NCBI RefSeq assembly: GCF_006345805.1
Contig: NC_043003.1
Span: 101,556,001-101,620,000, forward strand
DNA from: Octopus sinensis
Taxonomy: Eukaryota
Direction: 5' to 3'
Length of the DNA stretch: 64,000 nucleotides
Below the pieces are notes generated by a model. It ran no database searches and was not told the origin of the DNA. It saw only the letters and a program-made list of their open reading frames with translations. How positions within the stretch are numbered: the stretch's first letter is position 1; each line of letters begins with the position of its first letter. A program made the position numbers and the translations under genes. Positions 25,800 to 39,900 of this stretch are shown piece by piece.

Positions 25800-27450
25800 C
25801 TCCAGTTAGATCAAGTGATGAAAGTTACAGAGAGAGCCATAGCCCAACTAATTAGGGACAGGGTTAATCTAGATGAGATGCAGTCTGGTTTTGTGCTGAG
25901 GAAAAGCACCACTGAAACTATATTTCTGATAAGGCAGCTGCAGGTGAAGTACCTAGCCAAAGACAAACCTCTGTATTTGGATTTTGTTGACATGGAGAAA
26001 GCCTTTGACAGAATCTCCTAATCCCTTATTTGATAGTCAGTGCAGAAACTAGGGATAGATTAGCGGTTGGTGAGAGCCGTGCAAGTCATGTACAGGGATG
26101 TTGTCAGTAAGGGGAGGGATGGCAACAAGTATAGCGAATTCAGGGTACAATTAAGGGTTCACCAAGGATCAGTTTTCAGCCCCCTCTTGCTCATCATTGT
26201 CCTCCAGGCAATAACAGAGGAATTTAAGACAGGCTGCTCCTGGGAGCTCCTCTGTGCTGATCACCTTGTTCTTATTGCTGAATTACTACCAGAACTTGGG
26301 AAGAAGTTTCAGGTGTGGAAGCAGGGACTAGAATTGAAGGGCCTTAGAGTTAGACTAGCAAAAGCCAAAGTCGTAGTAAGTAGGAAAGGTGTAGGCAGAA
26401 ATTCCATAAGATGTACTCAATGCAAGCTATGGACACATAAGAGGTGCAACAGTATCAGAGGAAGGTTAACTGGGAAAATAGGTTTTGTGTGTGGAAAGTG
26501 CACAGGTACAATAAACATTAAAAATGTACAGAAAATAGATTCTATCAAATTCTAGTGGGGTAAGCTAGAGGTAGTTAATAGCTTCTGTTATCTAGGTGAC
26601 CAAGTCAGTAGTGGAGGTGGATGCTCCAAGAGTGTGGTTGCAAGAATAAGAATAGGCTGGGCAAAGTTCAGAGAGCTCCTACCTCTGTTGGCAACAAAGG
26701 GCCTCTTCTTCAGAGTGAAAGGCAGATTGTATGATGCCTGTGTAAGAGCAGCGAAACATGGGCTGTGACCACCGGGGACATGAAAAAGGCTTGAAAGAAA
26801 TGAAGTTTAGTATGCTTCGCTGAATGTGCAATGACAGAGTGTAAGAACCTTGAGAGAAAAGTTGGGCATAAAAGGCATGAAATGTGGTGTGCAAGAGAGA
26901 TGACTGTGCTGGTATGGTCATGTGATGTGTAGACCCAGGAGGACATGGGACAAGGTGGTGAAGCATGATCTTTGAACATTGGGCCTCACGGAGGCAATGA
27001 CTACTGACTGAGTTCTTTTGCAACATGCCGTGCTTGAGAAGATCTGTGAAGCTAAGTGAAGTCGTAGTCATGGCCAATGCCAGTGTCATATAATTGGCAC
27101 CCATGCCAGTGGCACATAAAAAGCACCTTTCAAGTGTTTGGCCTCACAGAGACAATGACATATGTCTGAGACCTTTGGTGATATGCTGTGTTTGAGAAGA
27201 AGACTCGTCAAGCCAAGTGAAATCATAGTAGTGGTGGATACTGGTGTCATGCAACTGGTACCTGTGCCAGTGGCATATAAAAGCACCCATTACATTCACA
27301 GAGTGGTTGGTGTTAGGAAGGGCATCCAGCTGTAGAAACCGTGCAAAATTAGACTGGAGTCTGGTGCAGCCCCTCAGCTTGCCAGTCCTGACCAAACCGT
27401 CCAACCCATGCCAGAATAGACAACAGATGTTAAATGATGATGATGATGAT
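25800..27450 (+). mobile_element. RTE LINE copy, 5'-truncated and degenerate
   Basis: LDEMQSGFV...DMEKAFDR, GVHQGS-like motif, HKRC finger remnant, (GAT)n tail. Confidence 0.85.
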
Positions 27451-28665
27451 GCAAGCATCTGTGTGTGTGTGTGTGTTTGTTATTATCTTCTGACTGTGAT
27501 ATAAACAAGCATCACCTTCATGCATATGGTGTCCTTCATTTCCAGTCTTCCGTGAAAACATGACCAGACATGTTTCTATGGAAACAAGTAGGTTTAACAA
27601 CAGAAAAGGCTTCCAGCCACAGAAAAATTTGCTTCAACAAATCCCATCTGTCCTATGTAAGTATAGAAAAGTTGATATTAAAACGATGATGATGATGATA
27701 TACTGGCCCAAAAATGTTTAGCTTTATATATACATATATATAAAGTGAAATCGAAGTCAAAATCAAACTTGGTGACTGGCATCCATTGCTAGTGGAGCGC
27801 TAAGAGTACCATATGAGTGAGATCGTTGCCGGAGCAACAAGTTGGCCTTCATGCCGATGGCACGTTAAACACACCATTCAAGTGTGATCGTTACTGCGTC
27901 ACCTTACTAGCACTTGTGCTGGTGGCACGTGAAACTTTCAAGCGAGGTCGTTGCCAGTGCCGCTAGACTGGCTCCTGTGCAGGTGGCACATAAAAAGCAC
28001 TATTTGGGTGTGGCCGTTGCCCTTACCACAAAACTGGCCCTTGTGCCAGTGGCATGTAAAAGCACCCACTACACTCTCGAAGTGGTTGGCATTAGGAAGG
28101 GCATCCAGCTGTAGAAACTCTGCCAGATCAGATTGAAGTCTGGTTTGCCAAACCTCAGTCAAATTATTTTACTTGAAAATAATTTTAAAAAACGTAAAAA
28201 TATTGTCTGTTTAAAGAAAGCTAAAATATAAATACTTACTGTACAAACAACTTACATTTTTGAAATCACATTCACTTAAAAATATTCCTAAATGATTAAA
28301 ATATTGTGTTTAACAAAAGCGAAATTAGAAACATTTACTGTAAAAAGAAAACAACTCGTATTTTTTTGTTGTCAAGTCACTAATCAAAAGATAAGAGTTT
28401 CTTCCCTTTCAGGATTAAGATTATTTTCAGAATATTTTCCCAGTATGCACCGTTTTGGGTATTTATACCCCAAAAACAGCTAATGGAAACCACTTGTCTG
28501 ATTTACACGAAACTTGCTTTATTCCCTTCGTATTAACATTTCAGGGTAAATTTAATTCATAGTATTTTCCCATTACATGCAGGTTGCAGGTTTGGCTGGG
28601 TAACATTGCAAGCAAGCAAGATTCAAGCTGACTTTTAATGTATTATATATATATATATATATATA

Positions 28666-30159
28666 TAGGGTTGGCCAAAATGTCTGTTCAATTTTTTAAG
28701 GAAAAATAAGGCACAAGTTTTAAACACAAAGTGATTTATTCAGTCAATGATATAATTACTGTTTTGTTCCAGTATCTTCTGCCATCTTGTGGGCAGGTTC
28801 ACTATTTCCTGCTCAAAGAATTCCCTGTCCTTACTGACAAAAAATTCTTCAGGTTTAATTCTTATATCCTTTTCAGTGTTGAAGGTCAGTCTATTCAATG
28901 AATTTTGCAGAGACTGAAACAAGCAGAAATTTGAAGATACAAAGTTTGGCTGAATATGGAGTGTGAAGCAAAAATTTCCCATCAAGCCCAGTAGCATCTG
29001 CAAAGAAGAGTGAAATCTTATTTCTTTACTGCCCACAAGGGGCTACACGCAGAGGGGACAAACAAGGACAGGCACACGGATTAAGTCAATTATATTGCCT
29101 CCAGTGCGTAACTGGTACTTATTTAATCGACCCCGAAAGGATGAAAAGCAAAGTTGACCTCGGCGGAATTTGAACTCAGAACGTAGTGGCAGACAAAATA
29201 CCGCTAAGCATTTCACCTGGTGTGCTAACGTTTCTGCCAGCTCGCCGCCTTCTCGAAAGGGTGAAATCTGACATTGTCATGATGAAGTATAATACCTTCA
29301 CAATTAGCAAGTTCTGGATACTTCTGGTGGATTGCTGCATTTAATTTATCCAACTGGTTATGGTATGCATCTGAATTGATGGTTCTATCAATGAGAAGAA
29401 GCTCATAAAAGACAACACCCTTCCAATCCCACCACATTGAAAGCATAACCTTCCTCAGGTGAAGTCTTGCTTTGGAGTTTGTTTGTGGTGGTTTGCTACA
29501 CTTGCTCCATGATCGTTTGCAATTCCCATTTTTATAGACAATCCATTTTTCATCCCCTATTATCATTCTCTTAAAAAAAGGATCACTTTCTTCACATTTT
29601 GGTGACAAATTGTAGGTGGAAATACATTAGACATGGTTAGCCTCATTCAATTGATGTGTGGCCCAAACATCAAGGCTTCTAACAAAACTAAGTCGATATA
29701 GATTATTTTCAACACTCAGTTTCATTATGTGGAGAATATCTACAATCATCTTGGTTGTATGGCAGGATTTGGTGTCAACTAATGCTTTCATTTTGTTACT
29801 GTTAATTTCACTTGGCCAGCCAGAGTGAGAACCAAAAAATTTCCTGATCGAAATCTTGAAAACCACTTCTGGTAGATTTCATTCCATAACAGCATCCTCT
29901 CTGTAATCAATGAATATCTTGCTGCAGATTTCCACCACTTACTTGTGTTTCTTGAAATAAAAAAGCATGAAGTGTTGATAATGTTGAATTTGGTTCTTCA
30001 TTTTCAGAGTAATTCCAAGCACCCAGTACAACCTGTCTCATTGCAAGTTCACATCAAACCACGTTATAGTGCCAAGCATTTAATGAAATTAGCTACTTAA
30101 CAGAGTGCTTGATGTTTAGCATCACCAAAAGTTTAGTGTGGACTGTTTGACCAACTTAA
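28666..30159 (-). mobile_element. mariner (DD34D) transposon relic with SINE insertion
   Basis: IGDEKWIVY, KVMLSMWWDWKGVVFYELL, HHDN; degenerate TIRs gggttggccaaaa / aagttggtcaaac. Confidence 0.85.
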
Positions 30160-30990
30160 TATATATATAAATTACGCAAAAATGAAAATAACACAGACAT
30201 CTCATTTTACCAAAATTACTTTAAAATATCTTCAAATACTAAAGAGTAAATTAATTCAATAAAATTGCCATTGGCTTCAACCATGGCCTTCAGACAACTT
30301 CAGAATCTCCTGCAGCTCTTCTGTTTAAGTTGGTGAATCCTGCCATAATCCTTGCCTTCAGTTCATTTTTGGTGTTCCAAGGAGTTTTGTTGGTCACTCA
30401 CTCAACTGCACCCTACACATAATAATCAAAGGAGTCGCAGTCTGGAGAGTTGTTAGGTGGCCAGATGTTAGGGGTGATGTGGTTGCAAAAATTTTCTGAC
30501 AACCATAACTGGGTTCTCCTGCTTGCGTGTCATGGTGTAGAATCCTCTTGCCAGACCAACATAACAGCCACCCTCATAACCTAGGGCAGCACTAACTCTG
30601 CCAGGCACTTGATGTAGGTCTCCCTGTTGAGTTTAAGGCTGTGTGGGAAGATGAATGGAGGCAGAATGTCACCATCACTAGTGATCACTCCAAACACCAT
30701 GATGTTGACTAGATGTTTGATTTTTATTACTCTCAGTACATGTGCTCAGATTGACACCCAAACACTCTGAAATGTTCATATTGGAGCTTCCAGCTTGATT
30801 GCCAAGCAATACAGCATGTCATTTCCAAATTTATGGCAGAGTGAGTTGTGTCATGGTGCTGTTTTTCTCACAGACCGTGCTCAACTGACCCTACTATACT
30901 GTGTAGCCAACAAAATCAAAAACAAACAATGTGCATGCACAAATTTAAAAATATAAAATGGTAACAATTTACTCATCACATTCTGTATAT
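30160..30990 (-). mobile_element. Internally deleted maT/DD37D-like element
   Basis: Reverse frames give IMVFGVITSDGDILPPFIFP and WPPNNSPDCDSFDYYV; TIR-like tacagaatgtgatgagtaaattg near 30988. Confidence 0.65.
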
Positions 30991-31054
30991 ATATATATAT
31001 AGAGATAGAGAGAGAGGCAGGGACATATCTACCCTCTTAACTTAGTAGTTAACT

Positions 31055-31734
31055 CTGAGAGAAAAGTTGGAATTAAGAAGCATCAGATGTGGTGTACAAG
31101 AGAGATGACTGCGCTGGTATGGTCATGTGTTGCGAATGAATGAGGAGAGCTATATGAAAAAGTGTTACACCCTAGCAGTTGAGGGAATCTGTGGAAGAGG
31201 TAGACCCAGGAAAACCTGGGATGAGGTGGTGAGGCACGACCTTCAAACTTTGGACCTTACCGAGGCAATGATAAGTGACCAAGGCCTTTGGAGATATGCT
31301 GTGATTGAGAAGACCTGAGAAGCCAAGTGAGACCATAGCCCATGGCCTATACCAGTGGGTGTAACCAGCCCACTTATGAATACCCCCCATTCATTGGACA
31401 ATAAACTTTGCTTGCGAAGACATTGAGGCAAGTGAAATCAAAATTGATGACATGGCCGATGACAGTACCATCTGATTGGCACTTGTGCCAGTGGAATGTT
31501 AAAAGCACATCCTAGTGTGATCGTTGCTAGGGCCATGGATTGGCTCCCATGCTGGTGGCATTAAAAAGCACCATTCGAGTGTGATTGTTGCCAGTGTCGC
31601 CTTAGTAGCAGATGTGTTGGTGGCATGTGATAAACAACATTCAAGAATGGTCACTGCCAGGGTCGCCAGACTGGTTCCCATTCAGGTAGCATGTAAAAAA
31701 TACCTTTTGAGCATGGTCGTTGCCAGAACCGCCT

Positions 31735-31740
<6 letters not shown>
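31055..31740 (+). mobile_element. RTE LINE 3' fragment
   Basis: WYGHVLRMNEESYMKKC...GRGRPRKTWDEVV plus 3' UTR. Confidence 0.8.
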
Positions 31741-31781
<41 letters not shown>

Positions 31782-32734
31782 TATGGGTACAGGACGTCAC
31801 AAACAGTAAACAACATGAAATATGAAAACAAATGAGTTGAATACACATATGAGAGAAACAAATGGAAAACAGGACAAGTAACATAAAGAACAACCTTTCA
31901 TCAGTTGTCAGTTGCCTATTTACGCCTCATTTCGAGCATTGAATGACAATATGAGTCTTTGAAGGCAGTTGCTCCTACAAATACCAATATCTACAGAATT
32001 TGCAACCTTTCTTAACAGTTTCAGGTCAATGCTTAATAACTTTCTGCTTTCTGCCCTCTTTTGCCTCCTCAGAAAAGTTCTGTAGATTTCTAGATTTCTT
32101 TTTCACTCGGTGATACCCATCTTCAATCAACTCTTTGATTATGTTGTTCACTGTTTGACAATGAAAACTGAAAAATTGAGCTATTTCTCAATTGGATTTT
32201 CCACACTGACATTAGTTTATGCCTTGCATACATGTAAATTCATCAGTTTTTTTTTTTTTACTTACTGGTCTTCATTGTTGCATTTTATCAAATTAAAGTC
32301 ACATTTAATTCATTTATGCACCTGCAAAGAAGAGAAAACACATCTCATTAGAGAAAAAAAAAACTTTTCGTAAATCGCAGTATGTATGAGTATGATTTTG
32401 TTGGCCTGTTCGGTAACATTGCAGAGTAGTTGTCACTCAGATGTCTGACTACTTCCGTATTTGGTGGGTTGAACCTCCACTGTAGAAAAGGCCGCACTCA
32501 AAAAATCTAGGGCTTATAGGTAATTTTTGTATATTTTTTGTGAATTGTTGTATTTTGGTAAAATTATTCAGGTAAACTATAGCCGTAGCTCTGAACATTT
32601 GAATTACACACGGAGCACTTTATAATGATATAACTCAAGATAAACATATCAAAATATGTCTCTTTGAATACTTACATCATTACTTAATTCATGGGCTTTG
32701 TTTATGTAGACTAATATATATATATATATATACC

Positions 32735-34660
32735 CAATGACTGGTGTAGCAGCATAATAGTCAACTGCTATAAAGGTAAAGGTGACACCCTAGATACAAA
32801 TAATTACAGAGGTATCAAGCTGTTGGATCAGGTAATGAAGGTTACGGAGAGGGTCATAGCCCAACTAATTAGAGAGAAAGTTAGTTTAGATGAGATGCAG
32901 TTTGGGTTCGTGCCAGAGAAAAGCACCACTGATGCCATATTCCTGGTAAGACAGCTGCAGGAGAAATACCTAGCCAAAGATAAGCCCCTGTACCTGGCTT
33001 TCGTTGACATGGAGAAAGCCTTTGACAGGGTCCCCTGATCCCTTATCTGGTGGTCAATGAGGAAACTAGGGATAGATGAATGGTTAGTCCCTGTACATGG
33101 CTGTACAGCCATGCACAAGGACGCTGCTAATAAGGGTAGAGGTTGGGGTCCACCAAGGTTCAGTTGTCAGCCCCCTTCTATTTATTATAGTCCTCCAGGC
33201 AATAACGGAGGGATTCAAGACCGGATGCCCCTGGGAGCTCCCCTACGCTGATGACCTTGCTCTAATTGCTGAGTCACTATCAGAACTGGAGGAAAAGTTT
33301 CAGGTGTGGAAGCAAGGATTAGAATCGAAGGGCCTTAGAGTCAACCTAGCTAAAACAAAAGTCCTAATAAGTAGGAAGGTAGACCAATCACAAACGCCTT
33401 CAGGTAGATGGCCCTGCTCGATCTGTAGAAAAGGCGTAGGTAGAAACTCTATAAGATGCACCAAGTGTAAGCTATGGACACATAAGAGGTGCAGTAATAT
33501 CAAAGGAAGGCTAACAGGGAAGATAGTTTTTGTATGTGGCAGATGCTCAGGAGCAATAAACACTGAAAATGCGAAGAGATTAACTTCCGCCACATTCCAG
33601 GGAGAAAAACTAGAAATAGTTGATAGCTTCCATTACCTAGGTGACCAAGTAAGTAGCGGGGGCGGGTGTGTTGAAAGTGTAACTGCTAGAGTAAGAATAG
33701 CCTGGGCAAAGTTCAGAGAGCTGCTAGGGACAAAAGGCCTCTCGCTCAGAGTAAAAGGCAGACTGTATGACGCATGTGTACGAATAGCCATGCTACATGG
33801 CAGTGAAACATGGGCCGTGACTGCTGAGGATATGCGTAAGCTCACAAGAAATGAAGCCAGTATGCTCCGATGGATGTGTAATGTTAGTGTTCATACTCAA
33901 CAGAGTGTAAGTACCTTGAGAGAGAAGTTGGACCTAAGAAGCATCAGTTGTGGTGTGCAAGAGAGACGTTTGTGCTGGTATGGTCATGTGACAAGAATGG
34001 ATGAAGATAGTTGTGTGAAAAAGTGCCAAACCCTAGCGGTTGAGGGAACCTGTGGAAGAGGTAGACCCAGGAAAACCTGGGACTAGGTGGTGAAGCACGA
34101 CCTTCGAACTTTAGGTCTCACCGAGGAAATGACTAGAGACCAAGACCTTTGGAAGTATGCTGTGCGTGAGAAGACCCGGCAGGACAAGTGAGACCATAAC
34201 CCATGGCCTCTACCTGGGATGTAGCCAGTCCACTTATGCATACCTTTCCTTCTTGGGACACAAAACTCTACTTGTGAAGACCGATTGAGGCAAGTGAAAA
34301 TCAAAATCGAAATCAAAATCGATCAACATCAATGGAAATTGCAGCTGTGATACCAGTGCCGGTGGCACATAAGAGACCCATCCGAACATGGCTGTTGCCA
34401 GCGCCGCCCCGACTGGCTTCCGTGCCGGTGGCACGTAAAAAGCACCATCCGATCGTGGCCGTTTGCCAGCTTCGTCTGGCATGTAAAAAGCACCCACTAC
34501 ACTCATGGAGTGGTTGGCATTAGGAAGGGCATCCAGCCGTAGAAACATTGCCAGATCAGACTGGGCCTGGTGCAGCCTTCTGGCTTCCCAGACCCCAGTT
34601 GCACCGTCCAACCCATGCCAGCATGGAAAGCGGACGCTAAATGATGATGATGATGATGAT
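32735..34660 (+). mobile_element. RTE LINE copy, 5'-truncated (RT + PHD-like finger + 3' UTR)
   Basis: DMEKAFDRVP, GVHQGS, YADDLAL, CSIC...CTKC...HKRC...CGRC, YLGD; (GAT)n tail. Confidence 0.9.
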
Positions 34661-34809
34661 AATGGTTGTTGTTAAGGTGTTGGTTGCCAGTGTAACAGTT
34701 TGCATTATGATATACGGTGGAGTCGGCAGTTAGCGATTGTATCGGGTGTTGTTGTTGCACATGTGCAAGGTTGAAGAACAGTGATCGAAGATGTTAAGAA
34801 ATATTTATT

Positions 34810-36458
34810 TACCGTTACTTTGTATAATGTCATGCCTCGACGGGCAGGTGTGTGTATCATATAAAAACAATAGTTAACTTTTCTTGTAGTTTTTGTTGCT
34901 TATGTCTGGTCAACTGCTAGCTGTCTGACTAGGAATAAGAGGAAGATAGAGTGAATGTTAAGTGTAGCAAGCCAATAAAATGAGACCTTCATTGTGCCTG
35001 ACATTTAAACAGCTGTGGTGTTGTGATAAGACACTGTATCATAGTTGACATTCCCACTGTAAGCTTTCGCTCAATTGAATTATCTCACTAACTGGATTCT
35101 ACCTGTGGGTCATCTCCATTTTGCCTCTGGGTCATCTCCTTTTTGCCAACTAACTTTTACCTATGGTGTTTTAGTATTTATAATTATCTAAACTAGTTAG
35201 AAGGAGAGACATAATGTTGAGAACAAGGGATTTCAAAATACTCATATTGCTCAAAAACTGCCAAAAGACATTGATGTAAAAATTCATAATTTTGCAAAGT
35301 TTGTTCTGAAGGAGCATAAAATGTTTGAGTTCTTCCTAGAAAATACTGGAAACATGGATGAAACTCCCATGTATTTCAATATCCTGGGAAACACTATTGT
35401 AGACAAAGTGGGAAACAGAACAGTTACAGTAGAAACTACAGGGCATGAGAAACAACATTTTACTGTATTGCTAGCCTGTGAAGCCGAGAGAAAAAACTTT
35501 GTCCAATGATTATCTTCAAAAGGAAGAATATGCTGATGGATTCCTTTCCACCAGATGTTATTGTGAAAGTACATCCTAAGGGATGGATAGAGGAAAACTT
35601 AACAAATGTTTGGTTGGATGAAGTCTTCTAGTATGAGAATGTTTAACTCATTGCTGTGAGTCCTTGAAGACTAAGTTGAAGGAATATCAAAGAAGACAAG
35701 CAGTCATTCCTGGTGGTTACATCTCTCTTTTGCAACCACTTGATGTTTCAGTAAATAAGTCTTTCAAGACTTACATTTGAAAATTGTGTACATCTTGGAT
35801 GATATCTGGTGAAAAGGAATTGACTAAAGGTAGGTTGTTGAAAAGACCTGGATTGAACTTAGTATCTGGTATCTCAAATGCAATGGATAGCACTGAAGAT
35901 GATGTGATATGTGAGGGCTTGGTTGGATCAAGCATGGAAAAGATGGAGAATGAGGATGGAGATGGACATACCATAACCGATGATGAGCTAAATGACTACT
36001 GTGACATGGCCATTGATGACTAGACAGTAACTGATGAACAAATGAAAAAAATGTTTGACTCTGATGATGATGAAGAAGAATTTTTGGGTTTTAATCTTGA
36101 TGCAGTTTAATAACTATATCTAAATGAATAAACACTTTCCTTATGTAACTTTTTTTCTGTTCCATTTGTAATTCTAGATGTATTTCTTGTCAAGTTGATA
36201 TTAGACTACAAAGTTAATTTATCAATTAGACTTCTTTCATAAAGTCACTTCCGCAAAAATGAATATCAAACAAGACAAGCAAAGTTTTGAATAAAGGTGA
36301 ATATTTGATAATATTTCACAAATATTAGTGATATTTACATTAAAAGGGGCCATGTAACTCCCTAGATTATAGTGTGACCTGTCTGCGAGTCAACCGCAAA
36401 TACCTACCTTGACAACCCAAAGCTAAGGGTGCAACCTATCTGCAAGTATATACGGTAC
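34810..36458 (+). mobile_element. pogo/Tigger-like DDE_1 transposon relic
   Basis: NMDETPMYF...VETTGHEKQHFTVLLAC; 3' end gcaagtatatacggta resembles pogo TIR; left border uncertain. Confidence 0.7.
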
Positions 36459-37032
36459 ATTTAATAATATCCATCTTTGCTTTTCCCTGTCACATCAACA
36501 TGATCAGTTGGCCAGTTAGATATAGCAGCTAACTCACATTTAAACATTTAAATTACTGTTATTGTCTTATAATATTCACAGTGCACAACAGCTTGTAACT
36601 GAGTAAGACCATTTCCTAAACTCAGTAAATCTATGCAAACGTTCTGAGAGTCCAAGAAGTTTCTGTGCATAAATTTGTTTTGAGTGGATAGTGTTGCACA
36701 GCACTAAACCCGTTTTTCAGTACAATCAGATATAAAACCAGAGATGCAACAAAGATTTAGATGACCAGAAACCAACTGCACTCAAGTTTGTTTTTTATAT
36801 AGGTTTACCTTTTAGAGGGGAGTTCTAACGAGAATTAAGGATCCTTCATGCCCAGTGGTTTACATGCTAATTAACTCATAGCTGGGACCCTAGCAGGCAT
36901 TATTGATCTGGGTCAGAGTAGACATGTAAAGAGTAGTGGTTAAGCAGTGGTTCCACACTCCTTAAAACCGGGAACTCCCATACCAGAGCCCCACTACTAG
37001 ATACAGTTTATGGTCATATTCAGGTCATACAT

Positions 37033-37070
<38 letters not shown>

Positions 37071-38307
37071 CAAGGGGTGTATGAAATGGGGCTGCTAGGT
37101 AGCTGAAACAATTTTTTTCTGGTAAGTACAGTCTTTTCGGAGTATTCTTGCTCGTTTTCATGATTCTGATATTTTTATATATTTATTCTTTTTTTGTTTC
37201 AGATTTTTGAATAAACAAGTGTCGAAGTTACAAGGAAAATGGAGAAAACTGAGTACCGTGCTGTCATAAAATACCTTCATTTGAAAGGCATGACTCCATC
37301 AGACATCCATGAAGATATCGTGAGAACCTTAACAGACAATGCTCCTTCATTTGAAACAGTCAAATGCTGGGTAAATGAATTCCAGCATGGCAGGGAGAGT
37401 GTGGAAGATGATCCCACACCAGGGAGGCCTCCAACTGCAACCACCGAGGACAACATTGATGTTGCTTTTGGTATGATAATGCAAGATCATCAAATATCAT
37501 GTCATCAGATAGCCAAAAGACTGGGCATCTCAATTGAAAGAGCAGACAAAACAGCTTAGTTTCTCAAAGGTTTCCGTACAGAAACGCACCAAGTGCACTT
37601 TGTCTACAAGCAATCTGTAACTGTTTGAAGCCGATGGAGAGAATTTTCTTGCTCATTTCATTACTATGGATGAAAGTTGGGTCCATCAGCCTGAAACCAA
37701 AGAACAATCAAAGCAGTGGAAGCTCACATCTTGTCCTACTCCAAAGAAGGCCAGGGTCATTCCTTCAGCTGGAAAGGTCATGGTGTCTGTTTTTTTGGAT
37801 TCTCAAGGTGCCTTGCTGATCAATTACCTTGAAAAGGGTCACACCATGACAGGGCTGTATTATTCTCAGCTACTGAAATGCCCCCGAGAAGTAATCAAAG
37901 AAAAAAGGCCGGGAATGCTCACCAGAGGAGTCCTTTTTTCATCACAACAATGCTCCAGCCCATTCGTCAGTGGTTGCCATGGCAACAATTCGTATTTGTG
38001 GATACGAACTTGTTCCCCATCTGCCTTATTCACCAGACTTATCCACCTCTGACTTTCATCTATTCCCCAAAATGAAAAAAAGCCCTGGCTGATCACCATT
38101 TTGCCACTGACAATGACGTCATAGACTCTGTAGGAGGTTTCTTGGAGTCACAAACAGAAAGGTTCTTCTACGCTGGGATAATGGCACTTTAGCACCGCTG
38201 GAAAAAGTGTTCAGCCATTGAGGGGGACTCTGTTGAAAAATAAATCATCAGAAGTCTTGTACCATGTTTTGTTCTTTTGAGGCTCAAGATTTTTCAGACA
38301 CCCCTTG
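37071..38307 (+). mobile_element. mariner (irritans/Himar-like) transposon, near full length, frameshifted
   Basis: TIRs caaggggtgt(a/c)tgaaa; MEKTEYRAVIKYLHLKG...GRP HTH, TMDESWVH, AGKVMVSVF. Confidence 0.9.
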
Positions 38308-38550
38308 TGTGTGTGCATATATATATATATATGCAGATGGCACGTAAAAAGTACCCACTACACTCGCGGAGTGGTTGGCGTTAGGAAGGGCATCCAGCTG
38401 TAGAAACACTACCAGATCAGACTGGAGCCTGGAGCAGCCCCTGGCTCCCCAGACCCCGGTCGAACTGTCCAACCCGTGCTAGCGCGGAAAACGGACGTTA
38501 AATGATGATGATGATGATGATGATGATATATAACATATACATAATAGCAT

Positions 38551-38756
38551 AAAATACAAGTATAATTAAAGGCATAGAAGAGACCATGCCTATGCTGAAA
38601 ATAGATGGCAAATCATCAAACCACTTAAAATCATCACTTTTATAGTACACACATGTTGAAATCAAGGGAGTGATGATTTTAAGTGGTTTGACGATTTAGC
38701 ATCTATTTTCAGCATAGGTATGGTCTCTGCTATGCCCTTAATTATAATTGTATTTT
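38551..38756. repeat. ~88-bp imperfect inverted repeat, 30-nt spacer
   Basis: Arms 38551-38638 and 38669-38756. Confidence 0.85.
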
Positions 38757-38999
38757 ACACTATTATGTAACTCTATATATGAATTCACCATAATAGGTCA
38801 ATTTTATATGCTGTCCACTGATGAAATTGTTAATGATTTTATCCTTTATTATTATTATAATTGAATATATATATATACAAAGGGTGTATGAAATGGAGCT
38901 GCTATGATTGGAACTTCGTTATGCAACTGTCCATATCCATACGCATCACATGACCAAATAGGTACAGTTTTCTTTCTTACACTATAATTCCTCTTATAA

Positions 39000-39900
39000 A
39001 GTTAACTTTTCTCTCAATACACTAGTACTCTGTTACACATGTACACTGACATTGCACATCCAGCAGAGCATATCAGCTTTATTCCTCTCTAGTCTTCACA
39101 TGTCCTCTATATTCAGGGCCCATATCTCACAACCATTTAGCGTTGCAGTTTGTATACATGCACCATACAGTCTTCATTTCACTCAGAGAGAGAGAGACTT
39201 TGGTTGTTAACAGAGGTAAAAGCTCTCTAAACTTTTTCTATCTAATCTTATTCTAACAATTACACTTTTGGTAGTCCTCCTCCACTGCTTATTAGATCAT
39301 CTAGATAGCAAAGTTTATCCACTACTTCTTGAGGGCCTCTGGGACATTTAAGGAAATCAATTTCACATGTATATGTAGACTTTATGGCTCATGTAAATTT
39401 CCCACATACAAACACTACTTTCTCTGTTAACCTTCCTCTTATTCCATCCACCTCTTGTATGTCTATAGCTTGCACTAGGTACAGTGAATGGAATTCTTGC
39501 CTACATCTTTCCTACATATTGAGCAGAGCCATTTACCTGAAGAGGGTATGGTCCTGTCTAATTTCTTGCTTACTAGGACCTTAGTCTTCACTAAGTTAAC
39601 CTTAAGGCCTTTTGATTCCAGGATTTTCTTCCATGTCTGGAATTTCTTTTCTAGTTATGTTACAGATTCTGTTATGAGAGCAAAATCATCAGCATATAGT
39701 ATTCAGTCTTAAGTTCCTCTGTTACGGCCTGAAGAATGATGATGAACAAGAGAGGGCTGAGGATTGAGCCTTGGGGAACTCCTTCCTGTACACTAATATT
39801 CTTCACTGAACTCATGGCTAACTCATACCTTAACATCAGAAACCCCTGTTGAAGGCCTGTACTGCTTTCACTAGCCATTTGTCAACCCCTGGCTGTTATA
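39000..39900 (-). mobile_element. Degenerate RTE LINE fragment
   Basis: GVPQGSILSPLLFIIILQAVTEE and similarity to the other copies. Confidence 0.7.
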
